Source: Nitrososphaeria archaeon
Lineage (GTDB): Archaea; Thermoproteota; Nitrososphaeria; Geothermarchaeales; JDFR-13
Assembly: GCA_027078545.1 (NCBI GenBank)
Contig: JALWXN010000001.1
Span: 22,312-86,311, forward strand
Length of the DNA: 64,000 bases
Reading direction: 5' to 3'
Shown: positions 10,252 through 19,159 of the stretch, one piece after another
How positions within the stretch are numbered: position 1 is the stretch's first letter
How the letters are laid out: each line of letters starts with the position of its first letter
Translations under genes and position numbers: made by a program
Notes under the pieces: generated by a model
What the model saw: the letters and a program-made list of their open reading frames with translations, nothing else
What the model was told of the DNA's origin: nothing
Databases searched by the model: none

Positions 10252-10862
10252 AGGTTCTCACCCATCTTCTTCTCCTCAAATTTTTTGAGGGCCCACCTGA
10301 TCTTCCCTATTGTATCCCTCCTCCTAGCCACCTCTCCATGGTCTACAACCTCTATCCTTGTTACTATCCCGTCCTCATCCAGTATGTGGAAGGAGAACCT
10401 CTTGTCCTTCGGCCTCTTCCCCTCATCGATCTCCCTCATATCCTTGGACATCTCCTCGGTTAGGCGTGGCTCTAGGAAGCGTGTAACTAGTGTGTCGTCG
10501 ACCCTGAAACCAAAGGACTTGTCTATCCTGACTACCACTGCGTGTGGGTAGTGATCCACCCAGGCCACTGGTCTGCCCCTGCTTACCCATAGTATCTCTG
10601 TTCTGAGGGGCTTCTCCTGCTGTGGCTTGGTCTCGATACTTGTCTCGGCCCACTCCGTCTTCATGGGTTCTCTTGGCTCCGGCCTCTCCGCGCCTAGTGG
10701 CTTTATCTTGTCTGCTGGTGAGAAGGACTTCTCGGTTATCATGTCCTCCAGAGCCTTGAGGAAGCGGTTTATCCTCCGGAGCTCCTCCTCCAGTTCCTCC
10801 CTACGCTTCTCTAGGTATTGGCGGAGCTCCTCTACGTCGTCTATCCCAGCCATCTTGACCAT
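10248..10862 (-). CDS. Hypothetical protein with N-terminal coiled coil
   Basis: 204-aa ORF; charged heptad-like N-terminus. Confidence 0.7.
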   Translation of the reverse strand: MVKMAGIDDVEELRQYLEKRREELEEELRRINRFLKALEDMITEKSFSPADKIKPLGAERPEPREPMKTEWAETSIETKPQQEKPLRTEILWVSRGRPVAWVDHYPHAVVVRIDKSFGFRVDDTLVTRFLEPRLTEEMSKDMREIDEGKRPKDKRFSFHILDEDGIVTRIEVVDHGEVARRRDTIGKIRWALKKFEEKKMGENL

Positions 10863-10994
10863 ACAGTATTAGAGCATTATGTGGGTGATAAATAGGCATG
10901 CCAAGGGGTTAGGAGGGTTCTGTATAGGATATGGATACTGTATAGCCTGGATCCAGGGCTTTATATAAAGGGAGGAGAGAGAAGGGTGCTGGTT

Positions 10995-11282
10995 CTAGGC
11001 GGTCTGCTCTAGGACTATCTCGATGGTTGAGACCTTCCTGGGAGGCTCGCCGACCTCCTCGGTGTCGATCTTGCAGCTGGTCACCTCTACCTTGCCGCCT
11101 AGGAGCCTCCTCTTCACTATCTGGGCTACGTCGACAGCCTTGGAGATGGCCTTACCCCTGGCCTTGAGTACGACGACCTTGTTGCCGACGTCGAACTGGA
11201 GGAGCACTGCTAGGACGTAGTTCATCACTGACTTCTTCCCGATGAAGATTACGTTCTCACCCTCGGCGCTCATGGTGATCAC
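10995..11282 (-). CDS. albA: Chromatin/RNA-binding protein Alba
   Basis: IFIGKKSVMNYVLA, KARGKAISKAVDVA, VSTIEIVL; likely start ATG 11273. Confidence 0.96.
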   Translation of the reverse strand: MITMSAEGENVIFIGKKSVMNYVLAVLLQFDVGNKVVVLKARGKAISKAVDVAQIVKRRLLGGKVEVTSCKIDTEEVGEPPRKVSTIEIVLEQTA

Positions 11283-11342
11283 CGTTGATTGTTATGTATT
11301 TAGATAAGGGGGGAGGGTATATAAATGGTTCCCGTGAGGCGG

Positions 11343-11657
11343 CTAGATGTCTACCTCCCTATCCTCCATCTCGGCTAGGAGGAGCCACTTGACGGGTATG
11401 GGGTCGAAGTCGTCTCGGTATATAAGCTTCCTCTTTATCGAGAGTGGTAGGACCCCGCTCTCAAGCTCCTTTATGGCTATGTCTATACTCGTCATCCCCT
11501 TCTCAGCCTTTATGAAGGGCTCGGCTCCATAGTCTATCTGTACAGCCCTTATACCTATTATCCTGGCCCGCTCATATGCGGTTAGCTTGGGCGGGCCGAT
11601 TGTTATCAGGTCTTTATACCTTATCTTACGCTTCTTCTCTGTTGTCATCTCGGGCAT
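11343..11657 (-). CDS. rpo6: RNA polymerase subunit Rpo6 (K)
   Basis: LTAYERARIIGIRAVQI..GA.P and IAIKEL..GVLPLSIKR. Confidence 0.93.
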   Translation of the reverse strand: MPEMTTEKKRKIRYKDLITIGPPKLTAYERARIIGIRAVQIDYGAEPFIKAEKGMTSIDIAIKELESGVLPLSIKRKLIYRDDFDPIPVKWLLLAEMEDREVDI

Positions 11658-11717
11658 CGGAATAATTTATATAGGGACACTTTAAAAATGTTTTGACCCG
11701 GTGTATCAATAGGTTGT

Positions 11718-12098
11718 TTGGACATGCCCTCAGATAACAGGACGATGTATAGAGTCGTTGTGGAGAATCTGGGGGAGGCTGTACTGGCGCTCGACAATGA
11801 TAGGGGCTTCTCCATAATATCGGAGCTCGAGTTGAAGGGGGAGGTGCAGACCTACGCCGTGAGGAGGGGTGAGGTGGTGGTTATACCCCTGGGGGTGGAG
11901 AAGGGGCTCAGGGGTCTCCCAGGGGTCTTCACGGCTGGTAAGGTTCTCTACACACCTATTGACGATGGCTTCGCCATTGTTCTTGAGGACTTCAAGAGTC
12001 TGGAGCAGAACTATGTGGAGATAGGTGAGGTTGTGGAGGGCCTGGATCTGCTTCGGGGTTTGGAGGGGGTTAGGAGGGTTGTTGTTAAGCGGCTTTGA
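11718..12098 (+). CDS. Hypothetical protein, possible cyclophilin-like fold
   Basis: Pattern AGKVLYTP...FAIVL...VEIGEVVEGLDLL resembles TM1367/DUF369-type proteins. Confidence 0.5.
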   Translation: MDMPSDNRTMYRVVVENLGEAVLALDNDRGFSIISELELKGEVQTYAVRRGEVVVIPLGVEKGLRGLPGVFTAGKVLYTPIDDGFAIVLEDFKSLEQNYVEIGEVVEGLDLLRGLEGVRRVVVKRL

Positions 12099-12393
12099 CT
12101 GGTACGTATACCTCTAGCTCCCGGTTCTTGAGCTCCAGCCGTATAAGCCCCTGGTTCTCAAGCTCCTTCAGGAATCTCCTGGCCTCGCTTATCTTTATCT
12201 CGGCCTTCCTCGAGACCATGGAGGGTGTTACGTATTTAGAGCTCTTGATGAAGCCTATCAGCTCCTTCCTAGTCGCCTCGTCTATAATCACTCCATACTC
12301 AACCTTCCTGACCTCCTCCTTCTCACTCCTCCTCTTCTTGCCTTCGAGCATCTTCTTGAGCTTACTTATTGTCGGCTTTTTCTGTCCACCCAT
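12085..12393 (-). CDS. rps25e: Ribosomal protein eS25
   Basis: MGGQKKPTISKL; KYVTPSMVS...IKISEARRFLKELENQGLI. Confidence 0.92.
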   Translation of the reverse strand: MGGQKKPTISKLKKMLEGKKRRSEKEEVRKVEYGVIIDEATRKELIGFIKSSKYVTPSMVSRKAEIKISEARRFLKELENQGLIRLELKNRELEVYVPVKAA

Positions 12394-12501
12394 CTATACC
12401 ACCCTATCTACACCCTATAGGGGCTTTGGGTATAGATAAATAGGAATAATGTTGGTTTGTGGGTAGGGACAATATCGGTAAAAAGGTTGGTCCAGGCCTA
12501 T

Positions 12502-12588
12502 CTACCTGAACTCTGGCCTGAACTTGAAGTACCATGTGGCATGTATTGCCGACATGCCTATCTCGAGCTTCTCGATCTCCTTCTTCAT
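12502..12588 (-). CDS. Small 28-aa ORF (MKKEIEKLEIGMSAIHATWYFKFRPEFR), not in the ORF track
   Basis: Strong RBS (AGGAGGAGGTGA), upstream BRE/TATA (AGAAAAGTTTATAAATAGG, about 12622-12640) and downstream T-run (about 12480-12484). Confidence 0.65.
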   Translation of the reverse strand: MKKEIEKLEIGMSAIHATWYFKFRPEFR

Positions 12589-12681
12589 CCTCATCACCTC
12601 CTCCTGACTCTGGATAAGTAACCTATTTATAAACTTTTCTGTTGTGACGGGCCGTTCTAGATGTATGTAATCCGGGGGTTT

Positions 12682-14448
12682 CTACTCCACCCCTATCCTG
12701 CGCTGCCTCTTATACATCTCGATCACTTCCTCCTCCGTAGTTGCGTCCTCCGGCCTCTTGTCCAGCCTATACCTGCCTGTGAAGCGTGGGAATCTGAGGG
12801 CTAGGCCTACTCCCTCCTCTATCTTGTTGTATGCGCATGTATGTAGTGGGCTGAGGGTTATCTCCGCGGCTGTTATCTCTAGGACTATGGCTGGCTCTAC
12901 CCACTTGTCGGGCTCCATCTTAGCCTCTACCCTGGCCGGCTTCTTATCCCTTAGGTATGGCTTTAACAGCTTGTTCATCTCAACTATGTCCTCGTCCTTG
13001 AAGCCTGTCCCTACTTTGCATATCGTTTTGAATACGTCGTTCTCATGGTCGTATACAGCCATTAGGAAGCTGCTTAGGACCCCTGCCTTCCTGCCCCGAC
13101 CGTAGAGCCCACCTACGACTACTAGGTCTAGGGTGTCTGTCAGTTCTGATCTGTAGTCCCTCTTGAGCTTTATCCATAGCCATCCCCTGGCCCCTGCCTG
13201 GTAGATAGAGTCGGGGCCGGTGCTCTTTATCATGAGCCCCTCCAGTCCCTGCTCCACGGATAGGTGGAAGAAGTCCCAGAGCTCCTTCACAGTCTTTGGG
13301 TATGTTATGTCTGAGGGGGCTATGTTCTCGTTGGTCTTGACGACCTCCTCCAGCCTCTTCCTCCTCTCTGGGAAGGTCTTGTTCATCAGGCTCTCTCCGT
13401 CGTATATAATGTCGAAGACTCTTAGGGAGACGGGTATCTCCTTGGCTACTTGGTGGATGTCGTGCTTCCTCTTCCTCCTCATAAGTTCTTGGAAGGGTCT
13501 GAACTCGCCTGTCTCAGGGTCGATGGCCACTGCCTCCCCCTCTAGTATGCCTACCTCTAGGTCGACGTATCTCCTCACGACCTCTACTACGTCGGGGAAT
13601 TGGTGGGTTATTCTCTCGAGCCTCCTGCTGAATATCTCTATCTCGCCGTTGGGTAGGATGTGGATCTGCATCCTCTCCCCGTCGTATTTGAACTCCGCCG
13701 CTAGTCTCCCCCTGGTCTTCTCCCACGCCTCCTCTGGGCTCCTGACCCTCTCCGCCAGCATGGGCCTTACCGGTATGCCTGGCGTGACGTCCACCTTGTC
13801 GATTCCTTCCCAGCCCTCGGTGAAGAGGATCCTGGTTATCTCCCCGATGTCGGGTAGCCTGTTGTAGGCCCTCTCTATGCGGGGCTTCATCTCCCTGCTT
13901 CCCTTTGCATTGGCGAGTGCCTCGAGTATCGTCATGTCAGCCACTCCTAGACGCATGTTCCCGTCGGCCAGCCTAGCTATGTACCGGGCCTCTAATGGGG
14001 TGGCGTCGACCAGGAGGCTTGTCAGGAGCTTGACCCTAGTCTCTATAGCCCCCTCCCCCTGTACCTTGGAGATCTTCTTGAAGGTCTGGTAGACCCTCTT
14101 CACCGTGAGCTCCTGTGTCAGGAATACCATCTGCCTCTTCCTCTTCATCATCTCCTCCGCCACTAGGCCTACGTCGCCGAGCTCGTTCAGCTTCTTCTCG
14201 ACCACCTTCGTGTCGTACCCAGCGGCCTTGGCTATGGCCCTGGTTATCAGCTTCTCGCTTAGCCCGAGCTCCCCACCCTTGTATGGAGGCTCGATCTCCC
14301 CGAGTAGGATATAGGAGATGTATGCGGCCTCCTCCGGATCATTAATAGTCCTATATAGCTCGGTAAGGATATTCACCATCTCTATCCTTCCAGTGGTCTT
14401 CTCAACCCTGAGGAGGTACCTAGCCAGGTCTTCGAACTTCATGGACAA
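12682..14448 (-). CDS. lig: ATP-dependent DNA ligase
   Basis: EFKYDGER, EGEAV, EGLMIK, WIKLKRDY, LRFPRF. Confidence 0.97.
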   Translation of the reverse strand: MSMKFEDLARYLLRVEKTTGRIEMVNILTELYRTINDPEEAAYISYILLGEIEPPYKGGELGLSEKLITRAIAKAAGYDTKVVEKKLNELGDVGLVAEEMMKRKRQMVFLTQELTVKRVYQTFKKISKVQGEGAIETRVKLLTSLLVDATPLEARYIARLADGNMRLGVADMTILEALANAKGSREMKPRIERAYNRLPDIGEITRILFTEGWEGIDKVDVTPGIPVRPMLAERVRSPEEAWEKTRGRLAAEFKYDGERMQIHILPNGEIEIFSRRLERITHQFPDVVEVVRRYVDLEVGILEGEAVAIDPETGEFRPFQELMRRKRKHDIHQVAKEIPVSLRVFDIIYDGESLMNKTFPERRKRLEEVVKTNENIAPSDITYPKTVKELWDFFHLSVEQGLEGLMIKSTGPDSIYQAGARGWLWIKLKRDYRSELTDTLDLVVVGGLYGRGRKAGVLSSFLMAVYDHENDVFKTICKVGTGFKDEDIVEMNKLLKPYLRDKKPARVEAKMEPDKWVEPAIVLEITAAEITLSPLHTCAYNKIEEGVGLALRFPRFTGRYRLDKRPEDATTEEEVIEMYKRQRRIGVE

Positions 14449-14526
14449 AACATATTTGGCTATGGCGAACCTAATATAGTAGTCTAGAATCCGTGATGCC
14501 TGGTTTCTTAAGGGAGAGATATAAGG

Positions 14527-15819
14527 GTGGGCTGGTGGTTTAATTTGGGAGTGATGAGTGTCGAATGGGGGTTGATGATAGCGTCCATAATAATATTCAT
14601 AGGCTTCATAGGCTCTGTCCTACTAAATAGGCATAACATCCCAGACGCTATCTTCCTGATTATACTGGGTTATGTATTGGGACCTGGTCTGGGACTTGTC
14701 GATATAGAAATCCTCAAGGGGGCGGCACCCTACATAGGGGCAGTTGCCCTGATCTCAATCATGTTTGAGAGCAGTTTTGGGATAAATATTCGGGAGTTGT
14801 TTGCGTCTGCGAAGCCTGCCCTGATACTCGCCTTCGGCGGATTTGCCCTGTCTACCCTGGCGACTACTCTTCTCTTATACTATGTCATAGGCTTCTACCC
14901 TGACAATATCCTGATGAGTCTTCTTGTGGGCACTATCATAGGTGGTGGTAGTGGTGCTATCATCGTAAGCGTTATACAGAGGATAAGCGTTCCTACCAAG
15001 GTACAGGTCACCCTGAGTATAGAGTCTGTTCTAACCGATGTTCTCGTCATCATATTTACAGAGACGGTTCTACTAATCATCACGCTACAAATGCTTCAGA
15101 ATGGGGTTACCCTAGACCTCAGAAATGTAGGAGGGAGCATAGCATCAAGCTTCTCCATAAGCGTTGTCCTTGGAGTTCTAGCTGGTTGGATACTGGCTAA
15201 TCTTTTGGATAGGTTTAAGAAGGAGAAGCATGTCTATACGATGACAATTGCCTATCTTATCCTAATTTATGTAGCCACCCAGAGCCTCAACGGTAGCGGT
15301 GCCATTGCTGTGCTCACATGTGGTATTGTCCTGACGAACTTTAGGCATATACCGTTTCTCTTCGAGAAGAGGAGTCCGGAGAGCCTCACCTACCAGCTCT
15401 ACTCACTAGAATCTATGCACTCAGAGCTTACCCTACTGCTTAAGATCTTCTTCTTCGTGGAGGTAGGAATAATCATGAATATTAGGGATCTATGGACGAT
15501 CGTCATATCCCTACTCCTATCGGTAATTCTGTTTCTAGTTAGATTCCCCGTCTCCCTTCTTGTCGCTAAGAGCCTCAATTTCGGTGAGGCTAGCCTTGTA
15601 CCCGCCGAGATAATATCCTTCTCATATGCCAGAGGTTTAGCAGCTGCTGTCATGGCTGTTAGGGTTCAGAATGAGTTTGAACTAGTGTTTGGAGAGCTTT
15701 TTTCAGAAGCTGTGGAGTTTATCCTGCAGGTTACATCGGGTGTGATCCTCTTCACTAATCTATTCTTTACCGTTGGCATAGCGCTCCTGAGGAATAAGGT
15801 TAGGGAGTTCTACTACTGA
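14527..15819 (+). CDS. Cation:proton antiporter (CPA1/NhaP-like)
   Basis: About 12 TM helices, IESVLTDV motif, ARGLAAAV. Confidence 0.85.
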   Translation: MGWWFNLGVMSVEWGLMIASIIIFIGFIGSVLLNRHNIPDAIFLIILGYVLGPGLGLVDIEILKGAAPYIGAVALISIMFESSFGINIRELFASAKPALILAFGGFALSTLATTLLLYYVIGFYPDNILMSLLVGTIIGGGSGAIIVSVIQRISVPTKVQVTLSIESVLTDVLVIIFTETVLLIITLQMLQNGVTLDLRNVGGSIASSFSISVVLGVLAGWILANLLDRFKKEKHVYTMTIAYLILIYVATQSLNGSGAIAVLTCGIVLTNFRHIPFLFEKRSPESLTYQLYSLESMHSELTLLLKIFFFVEVGIIMNIRDLWTIVISLLLSVILFLVRFPVSLLVAKSLNFGEASLVPAEIISFSYARGLAAAVMAVRVQNEFELVFGELFSEAVEFILQVTSGVILFTNLFFTVGIALLRNKVREFYY

Positions 15820-15869
15820 GTTTTTCATCTAACCTCACGATATTGGAAAAAGATGTTTGGGGGTTCGGG

Positions 15870-16439
15870 CTAGGTATACTCTATTAGTCCTGCGTCGATA
15901 AGCTTCTTCTGGAGCTTCTTCACCGCCCTGTACACCTCCTCCTCGCTCCTCGCACCTGTACATACTATTTTTCCGCTGGAGAAGAGGAGTATCACGACGT
16001 TTGGGTCGTCCATCCTATATATGAGGCCTGGGAACTCCTCGGGCTCGTAGATGGTGAACTCTAGCTCGTAGGCGGCTCCCTCGAGGTCTATGTATCCCTT
16101 CAGGTTTCCCGATGCGACTACATTCTCTATCTTTACCTCGGGCTTCACCCCTGTGAGTATGCCCTTCTCCTCAAACTGTTTTATAAGCTTGTTTACAGCC
16201 TGTTTGACTGCTGACTCGGTCTTCGCCCCTGTTATTACCATGTTTCCTGAGCCGAATATGAGTATCGCGGTCCTAGGCCTGTCTAGCCTATAGACTAGTC
16301 CGGGGAATCTCCTGGGGTCATACTCCGCCTGTGGTATCTTCTCGAGGATCTTGCGCAGGTTGATATCCTGTCCAAGCTTCACGGTAGCCACTACATTCAC
16401 TATTTGTACATCCGGCTCGACAGGAACGTCATCCGCCAT
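15870..16439 (-). CDS. tbp: TATA-box-binding protein
   Basis: Two repeats of NVVA...Y.P..FPGL.YR...LIF.SG..V.TGA. Confidence 0.97.
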   Translation of the reverse strand: MADDVPVEPDVQIVNVVATVKLGQDINLRKILEKIPQAEYDPRRFPGLVYRLDRPRTAILIFGSGNMVITGAKTESAVKQAVNKLIKQFEEKGILTGVKPEVKIENVVASGNLKGYIDLEGAAYELEFTIYEPEEFPGLIYRMDDPNVVILLFSSGKIVCTGARSEEEVYRAVKKLQKKLIDAGLIEYT

Positions 16440-16447
16440 TTAAAAAC

Positions 16448-16486
16448 ACCTTTATAAAGGTATATTAACCCGTCACGGGGTTAATA
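16448..16486. promoter_or_regulatory. Two inverted repeats upstream of tbp
   Basis: ACCTTTATAAAGGT perfect palindrome at 16448-16461; TATTAACCC-N6-GGGTTAATA at 16463-16486. Confidence 0.5.
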
Positions 16487-16493
16487 ATCTAAT

Positions 16494-17078
16494 CTATTCT
16501 TCCTCCTCCACCTCGGCCTCTATACAATCGTAGACCTGGAACTCCTCCACCTCCTCCTCTTCCTTCCTCTTCAGATAATCCCTATACTCCAGGTAGATCA
16601 TGGCGAGAACTATGAGTAGTATAATTCCGTAGCGCATTAGGGGTGAGGATGTGAATATCCTTGTTATTATACCGAGTTGGGGTATGACGAAGACAACCCT
16701 GCCGATTATATACTCATCTGTCAATGTCCATGGGTCGTTGAGATTATTGTTATCCCCCTTGGTTATGAAGCCTCTCTCCCCATTTGGGAGGATGATTATG
16801 TCGACTACTCGGTGAACTATCGGTACTGGGCCTCCAGTGGGGTTTCTAAACACTATTATGTCTCCTACCTCGATATCGTCTGGATCTACACCTACAACCA
16901 CTATTATGTCGTTTACCTTTAGGGTTGGCTCCATACTCCTCGAGATGACGACCATGAAGGGTGTCTCGGTACCTAACACGGCTTTGAATACTGTTGGGAG
17001 GCCGAAGACTATGAATATTGTGATTATGAGTATGGCGGCTATCCTTATAGCTAGGCCCTTGTCTACCTGTCTCTCCAT
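16494..17078 (-). CDS. Signal peptidase I (Sec11/SipW type)
   Basis: SRSMEPTL, GDIIVF, IVHRV, TKGDNN. Confidence 0.93.
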   Translation of the reverse strand: MERQVDKGLAIRIAAILIITIFIVFGLPTVFKAVLGTETPFMVVISRSMEPTLKVNDIIVVVGVDPDDIEVGDIIVFRNPTGGPVPIVHRVVDIIILPNGERGFITKGDNNNLNDPWTLTDEYIIGRVVFVIPQLGIITRIFTSSPLMRYGIILLIVLAMIYLEYRDYLKRKEEEEVEEFQVYDCIEAEVEEEE

Positions 17079-17079
17079 C

Positions 17080-17376
17080 TCATGCTCCCTTTATGATGGT
17101 CAGGGCTATTGAGAGGAATAGTAGTCCCCAGCCCAGTATGAGGATTATCTTGAAATACTTCTTCACTGACTCGATCATGACTAGGAGTATGTAGATTGCT
17201 GTTATGCTTATTAGGAAGGTTATTATGTCGCCGTACATAACTGCTATCTCGGGCGCCTCCTTGAAGAGTGTGTTCTCAAGGATGAATGTTATTATGTCCC
17301 TGATGAAGTAGTATATGGCATATAGGAAGTTGATGAGGGCCTCTGTAGTTATGGGGAATGTTGGTGCCTCGGCCAC
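17080..17376 (-). CDS. Small hypothetical membrane protein
   Basis: Two to three hydrophobic helices; abuts the signal peptidase gene. Confidence 0.7.
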   Translation of the reverse strand: MAEAPTFPITTEALINFLYAIYYFIRDIITFILENTLFKEAPEIAVMYGDIITFLISITAIYILLVMIESVKKYFKIILILGWGLLFLSIALTIIKGA

Positions 17377-17412
17377 TACGGATCACCCTTAAAGAGATAA
17401 TAATCTCTTCTT

Positions 17413-17967
17413 CTAGTCAATTAAAGCTTCTTTCGGCTCCTCATAGAAGCGTCCAAACATGTAGAGCAGGGCTATCAGGCCGACTATCCCCGTCACCACC
17501 CTGAGCCTCAGAACCCAGTTGGGCATCTCAAGTGGTTTAAAGGTGACCTCCACCACAGCCTCACTAGAATTCACGAGCCTGAATTCCGCGGCATAATTGG
17601 CGTTGATACTCGCAGTCACCACTCTTTTATAGCTCCCCTCCTCAAGCACCTTTGTACCGTCGATTATCCTGTAGCGTGTTATTGCGGGGTTGAACTCGCT
17701 CCTCAGGTTTGGCTTAAGTATGTATGCCTTCATGACATATGCGACCCTCCCCCTCTCCACGTCGAGTAAAACCTCGATCTTGTCGCCACTCTCTAGCTGG
17801 ATAACCGCCAACCCCTCCTGGTTCAAGGGGCTTCTATCGTTGAGTGTAATGGTTTCTGTCTTTGTGAACAGTATGTTGACCACTTGGGGGGCTAGGAGGA
17901 AGAGGATGATACTGGCTATACCTGCAAAGATAACTATCTTGTCTAGAGTTGAGAGGCGCCTCATCAT
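17413..17967 (-). CDS. Hypothetical membrane protein
   Basis: N- and C-terminal TM helices flanking a beta-rich soluble domain. Confidence 0.7.
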   Translation of the reverse strand: MMRRLSTLDKIVIFAGIASIILFLLAPQVVNILFTKTETITLNDRSPLNQEGLAVIQLESGDKIEVLLDVERGRVAYVMKAYILKPNLRSEFNPAITRYRIIDGTKVLEEGSYKRVVTASINANYAAEFRLVNSSEAVVEVTFKPLEMPNWVLRLRVVTGIVGLIALLYMFGRFYEEPKEALID

Positions 17968-18061
17968 CTCTTACCGACTATTATAATGCTGTGTCTAGGG
18001 ATAAGACGGTGTGTTTAGACGTGTATGTGTGGCTCAACCTTGAAATATAAAGGGTCGTACC

Positions 18062-19159
18062 GTGATATTTTTAGAAGTAGTAGCCGCAGGTGGTGTGATG
18101 GCGGTCGTTAGATACCTCGCCTTTAGAATTGTGAATGCCCTCATCATACTGTTCCTAGTCCTGCTCATCACAGCGGTAATGATGAATGAGTATGTCGAGG
18201 ATCAGATCAGGACTGATATCAGGGAGAGGGCATACCAGGAGATATATAGGAATCCTCAGTATGCCCAGTGGACTGAGGAGCAGAAGCAGAGGGCTGTACA
18301 GGAACGTATAAAGTTTTATGAGAGGCAGTATGGTCTTGACCAGCCCTACTATGTTAGGGTGTTATACCGGACCGTAGACGCGATGATGTTCAACTTTGGT
18401 AACGCGATGGTTCTGAAGAGTGCCGGTGGATCGCCGGTGGTGTCCGACATTATTCTTGAGGCGTTGCCGAGGACTATCCTACTGTTCACCACTGGTACTA
18501 TCATCACGATCGTCATAGGCATATTACTGGGTATTAAGGCGGCTACTAAAGTAGGCTCACTGCTAGATAGAACGATATCGACATTCGCGATGTTCACATA
18601 CAGCCTACCCATGTGGTGGGTGGGCATGATCTTCATCTTCTACTTCTCATACACATTAGGTATATTCCCATCAGGAGGTATGGTTAGTATACCCCCTCCT
18701 GAGGAGCCTATGGCATATGCCCTAGATGTCCTGTATCACTTGGCCCTGCCGCTGATAGTCTTCGTCTTCGTAAACTTCGGTGGCTGGAGCTACGCAACTA
18801 GGAGTATCGTGCTCAACGTCTTGACCGAGGACTTCGTGAACACGGCCAGGGCCAAGGGTGTGCCTGAGAGGAAGATTCTCTATGGCCATGTCCTAAGGAC
18901 GGCTAGTCCGCCTATCGTTACCTCGACGACCCTGGCCATTCTCGGCTCGATAGGCGGCGCTATTATCACGGAGGCTGTATTCAACTGGCCGGGTATTGGT
19001 AGGCTCTTCTACCAAGCCATCCTCAATGGTGATATGCCTGTAGTAATTGGTCTGACCTACATATCCACCTTCCTCTACGTCTTCGCCATACTGGCTCTGG
19101 ACTTTGCGTATGCCCTGCTAGACCCGAGGATCAAGGTCGGTGTGGGAGGCGGTAGATAG
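18062..19159 (+). CDS. Peptide ABC transporter permease (OppB/DppB)
   Basis: YGLDQP, EDFVNTARAKG, ITEAVFNWPGIG; likely start 18098. Confidence 0.93.
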   Translation: MIFLEVVAAGGVMAVVRYLAFRIVNALIILFLVLLITAVMMNEYVEDQIRTDIRERAYQEIYRNPQYAQWTEEQKQRAVQERIKFYERQYGLDQPYYVRVLYRTVDAMMFNFGNAMVLKSAGGSPVVSDIILEALPRTILLFTTGTIITIVIGILLGIKAATKVGSLLDRTISTFAMFTYSLPMWWVGMIFIFYFSYTLGIFPSGGMVSIPPPEEPMAYALDVLYHLALPLIVFVFVNFGGWSYATRSIVLNVLTEDFVNTARAKGVPERKILYGHVLRTASPPIVTSTTLAILGSIGGAIITEAVFNWPGIGRLFYQAILNGDMPVVIGLTYISTFLYVFAILALDFAYALLDPRIKVGVGGGR

